Below are positions 55,638 to 64,000 of a stretch of DNA of 64,000 nt, one piece after another. Source of the DNA: Eledone cirrhosa (taxonomy: Eukaryota); contig OZ024743.1 in NCBI GenBank assembly GCA_964016885.1, positions 13,764,001-13,828,000 of the forward strand, read 5' to 3'. The position numbers and the translations under genes were made by a program. The notes beneath the pieces are model-generated. The model had not been told where the DNA came from and did no database searches. It saw nothing but the letters and a program-made list of their open reading frames with translations. The number at the start of each line of letters is the position of its first letter. Positions within the stretch are counted from its first letter, which is position 1.

Positions 55638-58190
55638 TATGTAACCATACATTCGCCAATCCTCGATAAGAGTGTTTAAATGTCGAACATAAACAGTTCG
55701 AATAACGGCGAAATGGAGACTAGAACGTCATGTGACAGACTCTCACCCAACAGATGCTCTCTGGCTCAGCAGCAGGGACCTGGCTGTCAACCAAATACTG
55801 CTGGTGTCGGAGGAAGAAGAAGAAGGAAAGGGACCCGAACCAACTGGACGAAAGAATTGAATAGAACTGTTATGCAATGTTACCTGAAAAGTAACCCCAA
55901 GGAGAGGGGCTATAGGAAACGGATGCATAACATCTGGAACGAGATTGGTCTATTTAAATTAGATAAACAAAAATTGTCCGGGCAGGCTCGGGTAACAAGA
56001 ACTAATGGGTGGATAAGCGAGCTGGAACTGGAGGAACTGAGCAGAGAGATTAGCTCGGAGATGGAGGGTGGAGTATGCCAGGCAAACGAGCCAGTGAGAA
56101 ATGAAGGTGAAGAGGTCGAGAGAACGGATGAACCACCCGATGCAGACAATGATCTGAATGCTGAGATAAATAATACCTGGAACAGAGATACGGTCACTGA
56201 GGAGATGAATGCTGACGGGCTAGGACAAGATTTGGTTGATATCCTAAATTTAGTGGTAGATGAATTGAACAAAAATAGTGGGAGACCTATGAACCTAAGA
56301 TTTGTAGACAGGAAAAAGTTAAAAGAAACAACAGCTAAGGTAAACAAAGTCATCACACACCTTGAGGCGATGAGCCTTCACCAGTGCAACAATATCCTCA
56401 AAGCAACAGCAAATACGGTGAGGAAACTACTTGGTATAAAAGCGAGAGGAAACAACAGTCAAGAAAGAGCAGAGCCTTGGTGGAAGAAACGACTGAGTGG
56501 TCAAATCAGGGAAATGAGAAATGACATTGGAAAGCTTGAGTCCCTACTGAATGGGACACTAAAAAACATAGACACTAAAAATAGACTGGAAATAAAGTAC
56601 AAAACTAGGAGGAAAAAGCTAAATATTATCATAGAGGAACTGAAGCAACGCATTGTAGCAAAGAGTGCAAAAATCAGGTGATACAAGAACAGAGTCAGTC
56701 AGTATAAACAGAACCGCATGTTCGACAACAACCAGAAGATGCTGTTTGGACAGCTTGACGGTAAAGAAAGAGACAACGATTTGATCCCTGAGGCGGAACA
56801 AACTAAAACATTCTGGAGAGAAATATGGGAGCAGGATGTTAGACATAATGACGAGGCAGTGTGGATTGAGACAGTACAGAAGGAGATCAGTGAACAGGCA
56901 CACCAACAAACTGATTTGAGTATCACAGTTGAAACTCTTAAGGGGCAGGCCAAAAAACTAACCAACTTGAAATCACCAGGCCCAGATGGTGTGCAAGGGT
57001 ATTGGATTAAAAATATAACATCCCTCCACACGAAACTGACAACCATGTTCAATGACTGCTTGATGTCAGGTGATGTACCAGAGTGGTTGACAAAAGGTAC
57101 CACAGTTCTGATAATGAAAGACCGAATCAAGGGTAATGATGTTACCAACTATAGCCCTATCACATGTCTGTCCGTAATGTGGAAACTGTTGACGAGCATT
57201 TTGTCTGAGGAAATCTACCATCACCTCCACACAAACAACTTGTTACCGGACGGAACAGAAAGGATGCCGAAAGAAGTCACGTGGTACAAAGGACCAGTTA
57301 CTTATTGATAAGATGGTAATGGGGAATTGCAAGAGGAGACACACCTATCTTGCCATGGGATGGATAGACTACAGAAAGGCATTTGACATGGTGCCTCATT
57401 CTTGGATCACCAAAAGCCTGGAGATCTTCAAGGTGGCAGATAACATCAGACAGTTGTTGCGCAAAAGTATGAGGTCCTGGGAAACAGAGTTGACATCAAC
57501 TGGAGAATCCTTGGGAAGCGTGAAGATCAAGAGAGGTATCTTCCAGCGAGATAGCCTGTCCCCTCTGTTGTTTTCCTTGCCCTGATGCCCCTGACCAGTG
57601 TACTGCGAAAAGTGAGAGCAGGATCCAGGTTGGGAAAGGGAGGGCTTACCATCAATCACCTCCTCTTCCTGGACGATCTTAAGCTCTTCGGGAAGAGTGA
57701 GAAGGAGTTGGATGTGCTTGTTGACACTGTCCGTATTTTCAGCAGTGATATATGTATGCAATTTGGTATTAGTAAGTGTGGAGTCATTGTGATGAGGAGG
57801 AGTAGGTTGAGCAGAAGTAACGGAATCCAGATACCAACAGGTGAGATGATAAATGAAATTGACTCTGAGGAAGGATACAATTTTTTGGGCGTTCTGGAGG
57901 CTGATGGCATAAAGAACAAAAAAATGAAGGAATTGTTAAGAACTGAATACATTCGGAGAGTAAGGAGCGTATTGAAGTCACATCTGAACAGCAGAAATGC
58001 CATAAGCGCAGTAAATTCCCGAGCTGTGTCTATTATTAGGTACAGTGCGGGAATTCTGAGATGGAATGTTGCTGAACAAAAATAAATGGAAGGAAGACTA
58101 GGAAGCTATTGACTATCTACACATGTTCCACAAGAGGAGTGATGTCGATAGACACTACTTAAGGAGATCTGAGGGTGGAAGAGGTCTTAT
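55638..58190 (+). mobile_element. R4/Dong-like copy 2, multiple stops/frameshifts, 3'-truncated
   Basis: ORF pieces 55680..58085 match copy 1; ends at ggtcttat with no RLE and no tail. Retains ATG 55680, which is ATA in copy 1. Confidence 0.92.
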
Positions 58191-58194
58191 TATT

Positions 58195-61100
58195 GAACCT
58201 AAACAGTTCGAATAACGGTGAAATGGAGACTAGAATGTCATGTGACAGACTCTCACCCAACAGGTGCTCCCTGGCTCAGCAGCAGGGACCTGGCTGTCAA
58301 CCAAATACTGCTGGTGTCGGAGGAAGAAGTAGCAGGAAAGGGACCAGAACCAACTGGACGAAAGAATTGATTGGAACTGTTATGCAATGTTACCTGAAGA
58401 GTAACCCCAAGGAGAAAGGCTATAGGAAACGGATGCATAACATCTGGAACGAGATTGGTCTATTTAAATTAGATGAACAAAAATCGGCCGGGCAGGCTCG
58501 GGTAATAAGAACTAATGGGTTGATAAGCGAGCTGGAACTGGAGGAACTGAGCAGAGAGATTAGCTTGGAGATGGAGAGTGGAGTATGCCAGGCAAACGAG
58601 CCAGTGGGAAATGAAGGTGAAGAGCTCGAGAGAACGGAGGAACCACCCGAAGCAGACAATGATCTGAATGCTGAAATAAATAATACCTGGAACAGAGATA
58701 CGGCCACTGAGGAGATGAATGCTGACGGGCTAGGACAAGATTTGGTTGATATCCTAAACTTAGTGGTAGATGAATTGAACAATGATAGTGGGAGACCCAT
58801 GAACCTAAGATTTGTAGACAGGAAAAAGTTAAAAGAAACAACAGCTAAGGTAAACAAAGTCATCCCATACCTTGAGGCGAGGAGCCTTCACCAGTGTAAC
58901 AATATCCTCAAAGCAGCAGCAAATACGGTTAGGAAACTACTTGGTATAAAAGCAAGAGGAAACAACAGACAAGAAAGAGCAGAGCCTTGGTGGAAGAAAC
59001 GACTGAGTGGTCAAATCAGGGAAATGAGAAATGACATTGGAAAGCTTGAGTCCCTACTGAATGGGACACTAAAAAACATAGACATTAAAAATAGACTGGA
59101 AATATAGTACAAAACTAGGAGGAAAAAGCTAAATATTATCATAGAGGAACTGAAGCAACGCATTGTAGCAAAGAGTGTAAAAATCAGGCGATGCGAGAAC
59201 AGAGTCAGTCAGTATAGACAGAACCGCATGTTCGACAACAACCAGAAGATGCTGTTTGGACAGCTTGAAGGGAAAGAAAGAGGCAACGACTTGATCCCTG
59301 AGGCGGAACAATCTAGAACATTCTGGAGAGGAATATGGGAGCAGGATGTTAAACATAATGACCAGGCAGTGGTACCAGAGTGTTTGACAAAAGGTACCAC
59401 AGTTCTGATAATGAAAGACGAATCAAGGGTAATGATGTTACCAACTATAGACCTATCACATGTCTGTCCGTAATGTGGAAACTGTTGACAAGCATTATGT
59501 CTGAGGAAATCTACCATCACCTCCACACAAACAACTTGTTATCGGACGGAACAGAAAGGATGCCGAAAGAAGTCACGTGGTACAAAGGACCAGTTACTTA
59601 TTGATAAGATGGTAATGAGGAATTGAAAGAGGAGACACACTGGTATTGCCATGGGATGGATAGACTACAAAAAGGCATTTGACATGGTGCCTCATTCTTG
59701 GATCACCAAAAGCCTGGAGATCTTCAAGGTGGCAGATAACATCAGACTGTTGTTGGGCAAAAGTATGAATTCCTGGGAAACAGAGTTAACATCAACTGGA
59801 GAATCCTTGGAAAGCGTGAAGATCAAGAGAGGTATCTTCCAGGGAGATAGTCTGTCCCCTCTGTTGTTTGTCCTTGCCCTGATGCCCATGACCAGTGTAC
59901 TGCAAAAAGTGAGAGCAGGATACAGGTTGGGAAATGGAGGGCTTACCATCAATTACCTCCTCTTCATGGACGATCTTAAGCTCTTCGGGAAGAGTGAGAA
60001 GGAGTTGGATGTGCTTGTTGACACTGTCCGTATTTTCAGCAATGATATATGTATGCAATTTGGTATTAGTAAGTGTAGAGTCATTGTGATGAAATGGGTA
60101 AGTTGAGCAGAAGTAACAGAATCCAGGTACCAACAGGTGAGATGATAAAGGAAATTGACTCTGAAGAAGGATACAAGTATTTGGGCGTTCTGGAGGCTGA
60201 TGGCATAAAGAACAAAAAAATGAAGGAATTGATAAGAACTGAATACATTCGGAGAGTAAGGAGCGTATTGAAGTCACATCTGAACAGTAGGAATGCTATA
60301 AGTGCAGTAAATTCCCGAACTGTGTCTATTATTAGCTACAGTGCGGGAATTCTGAGATAGAATGTTGCTGAACAAAAAGAAATGGATAGGAAGACTAGGA
60401 AGCTATTGACTATATACAACATGTACCACAAGAGGAGTGATGTCGATAGACTCTACTTAAGGAGATGTGAAGTTGTAAGAGGTCTTATCAGCATAGAGGA
60501 CTGTGTTCAAATGGAGAAAAACAACCTACACAAATACGTGACTGATAGTAAGGAGCCAATGCTCAGAACTGTACTGAAGGAGGGGACAATAGGCCAGGGG
60601 ATGTCCAAGGAGGAAATAACATCAAGGAGAAAGAGCAGCCTTCAGGAAATATCCCTTCATAGTACCTTCTTTGAGAAAGCTGAATTTAGAGATCCACAGA
60701 CATGGAACTGGTTGAAAAGAGGAGACCTTAAAAAGGCTACAGAAGGAATGTTAATGGCTGCGCAGGAGCAGGCCCTCAAAACGAAGTGGTTGAAACACCA
60801 TATTTACAAGGAGGAGGCTAGCCCACTGTGCAGGATCTGTGGAGAGAGAGAAGAGACTGTGGCTCACATTGTATCCGAGTGTAAACACCTAGCCCAGACT
60901 CACTATAAGGGCTGGAGACATGATGTGATGGGCAGGGTGATCCACTGGCACCTATGCAAAGTGAACAATTTACCACATTCTGAGAAGTGGTATGAGCATA
61001 AGCCAGAGTCGGTGATAGAAAACGATCAGGTGAAGGTGCTGTGGGATTTTAGGATACAGCGGACAAGAAACTGGAACACAATAGACCTGACCTGCTGGTT

Positions 61101-61482
61101 GTGGACAAAGAAAAAAGATCGTGCCTGATTGTGGATGTGGCCTGCCCTTCGACACGAGAGTGCAAGTGAAGGAGAGGGAGAAAATTAACCGATACCAGGA
61201 CTTAAAGTGGGAGGTAAAAAGGATTTGGAACTGCCATGAAGTCAAAGTGATCCCGATTGTCATAGGCGCACTAGAGACTATCTCAATAAGTTTCCAGGGA
61301 TGGTTGAAGAAAATTGGCCCCTTCACGCTTTTTGAAACGCTTCGAAAGGCATGCTTGCTGGGAACAGCAAGAATCCTCCGATACGTCCTGAATATCTGAG
61401 GCTGCAGGTAGTGGCTTGATATTCATTTCAACAAACTTTCCAGTTAACTAACATCAATGACTGAGACTCAAAGAGTAATAAC

Positions 61483-61553
<71 letters not shown>
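58195..61553 (+). mobile_element. R4/Dong-like copy 3, decayed, ~215-bp internal deletion at ~59370, (TAA)n tail
   Basis: ORF pieces 58175..61399 match copy 1 through RYVLNI*; 3' UTR and (TAA)n 61477-61553. Confidence 0.92.
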
Positions 61554-62489
61554 GGGAAGAAGGGAAGAAGGGAAGAAGACGCACGAGGTGGTAGAACGTC
61601 ACGAAATTGCTCCCGTAAGTTTTTTGATTTTTAACATATTTAAATCAATTGTGAAAGAACAATTCTTAGCACAAATGTTGCATAAAGGCACCGAATGAGG
61701 TCCCATGAAGTTTCGGATCCATATTATATTGTTGTATCGCTCAAATATTCAATTTTGTATTATATATTTTGTATTCAAAAAAAGAAAATGGTTATAAATG
61801 GAACAAAACACCCTCTGTCTACACTATATAGAACAGCGGCAATTTCAATTTCACCAACACCAGAAACTTGATACACTACCTATCCCATCACACTAAATAT
61901 AACGGCAACTTCACCGGCATCATAATAATAATTACTATTATTATTGTCTCAAATTTAAAAAAATGTTTAATTCAAATTTTACGGGAATATGTCAACACAA
62001 AATATAATGAAAATATATATTAAACATACGAACACAAACTCATAGATACTATATCAGTAACCACAACACCACCACATCCATCATCGCCGCCACCACTCAT
62101 TCAATGCTACTGACACTATTCCCCTGTTAACTTGAGAGAGAAAAGGGAAGGTGGTGGTAGCACTAGACAAGAGAGAGGCTAGCAAAAGATATAAATAGAT
62201 TGACTTGGTAACCTTGCCACGGACAAATGTCTACATCAACAATTATGGGACTGCTAGCTCACCCCTTCCTCACCAACAATATAAAAAGCCCCGGCACCAC
62301 CACCGACATAGCCAGCAGCAATAACAGCCAACTACAACAAAAAGTATATTATATTATTGTAATGCACTGGGTGATTGCTGGCCTGGAGTGGAGACAATTA
62401 TTAATAATTTCATTCTTAAGCCACGCAATGCTCACATTAAGGAACCACTCATGATAATAACAATTTAAAAAAAACAACAAAAAGAAAAC

Positions 62490-64000
62490 CCCGTGACCAA
62501 GAAATACCGGGATGGCGGCCGGCGGGGAATAGCCATGTCTCTAGGGGAGAACGACCCCTCTAGTCTTGGTTGACACTCGTTCTAGAAGTGGTAACACGAA
62601 AAGATTACCCCTTGGCGGATAAGGATAAAACGCGACAAAATAAAGTAGATGTCTAATGATGAAATCTCATACCGGATCGGCCGTCACCCGGGTAAAAAAG
62701 GGCCGCGTCCCTCAGAGAGGAACCAGACTGGGGTCGAAAAATCAGCTAATGGTTCAAACCTTCCCATCACTTCGGAGCTGGAGACCTCCCATAACCGGAA
62801 TACTCCTACTGTTGGCCCTCCATGCTCACCACCAAGAAATCCAAAGAAAAAGAGAGAAAAATGGTCAAGGGAAGATAATAAAGAAGTCCTTGAGGCTTTC
62901 TACACTGCCATGTACTACCCATCAAATACATCGAATACAGAGCAAACATATATCAACTGGAAAAAGAAACATCCCGAAAACAGAGGCTATATTGACAGTA
63001 ACAAACTAGCCAATATACGAAGAAATATTGTAAGAAAAAAGTTACTAACTGATATAGAAATTGATCAGATCAAGCTAGTAGCACAAAGTCAGCGAAGGGA
63101 AAATGAAGCATGTGTCAGTGAAAACGAGGTAAACTGTAACACTTCGAATCCCAGAGTTGGGGCGGAATCACTGGCAACAGAACAAATTAAAGAAAGGAGC
63201 GAAAAAGTGGAGGGAGTGCATGCTCAGGATGAAACTCCAAATGAAAATAATGAGATCGTAAATGATAAAGAAATGAATGAGAATGAACTTGCCAACTTGA
63301 AGGATGAAATTATGATCGAATGGATGAAAATGAAAGAATCTGACATGGGGGAACGAGACACCCTCCCTAAGATCCAGAACTCCAAACAGAACCAAAAGAT
63401 AATACACAAGACAAACATAATTCTCAAAAACATTATCATCACAAACAAACATTACTGACTTAAATCATCTCTATTATGCATCGGCTAAAGTCGCCACTCA
63501 CTTATGTGGAGTGAAGATGAAAAAACAAAGGAATTCCCACAAGAAATCTACTTGGCAAGATAACATCAATCGCCAAATAAACCTTCTCCGATCTGACATA
63601 GAAATTTTAACAAACTATAAAGTAGGTGAACATGTTAAACAAACTAAACTTAGAAAATTGAAAAAAAAGTACAGTATAAGATCAACATGTGACATAGACA
63701 TGCTGATAGAAACAATCAAGCAAAAAGTGTCGGCCAAAGCTGCTCGTATAAGGCGCTTTGAAAAACGATCTAGATTCTATAAGGACAATAATATGTTCAA
63801 AAACAACCAAAGAAACTTCTACATAAAAATTGGTAAGTCAACAATAACTGCTAAATCAATACCACCCAAGGAGGAAGTGCAAGAATTCTGGGAAAAGATC
63901 TGGGCCGAAGAAAAAGTTCATAACATACATGCCCCATGGATAGACAGACAAATGAAAGAAACAGCTCACCTTGAAGAACAAACATGGGAAAATATAACAG
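62490..64000 (+). mobile_element. Divergent R4/Dong-like element, 5' part (runs off window); frameshift at ~63450
   Basis: ORF 62649..63458 REKWSREDNKEV...KLANIRRNI...LTDIEI aligns with copy 1 RTNWTKELNRTV...KLAGQARVI...ISELEL; next frame IETIKQKVSAKAARIRRF...NNMFKNNQRNFY...FWEKIW. Confidence 0.85.

Noticed and set aside
52152-61326. Minus-strand ORFs overlapping the R4/Dong elements
   Set aside because: Antisense shadows of the coding strand with no independent motifs.

Overview
Eukaryotic, very AT-rich, microsatellite-dense DNA, most consistent with a cephalopod (Octopus-like) genome; the organism is inferred from the SINE types and (TA)n density, not proven. I find no supportable host gene. 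Most listed ORFs are translations of (TA)n/(CA)n tracts. The window is a retroelement graveyard. It holds a head-to-tail array of three R4/Dong-like RT + restriction-like-endonuclease elements (52.0-61.5 kb) and a fourth, divergent family member running off the right end. It also holds two 5'-truncated Penelope-like elements (PLEs), each capped by a 1-1.5 kb inverted copy of its own 3' end, RTE/RTEX and CRE fragments, and at least seven copies of one tRNA-type SINE. The main hidden signal is RNA structure. By eye I find 17 type I hammerhead-ribozyme (HHR) or HHR-like motifs from about 10 unrelated sequence families. They include a ~553-bp tandem array with one HHR per unit (retrozyme-like), HHRs with very long (72-115 nt) stem II inserts, and U3-A8 core variants. 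All pairings were read manually and need folding, covariance-model and cleavage checks.
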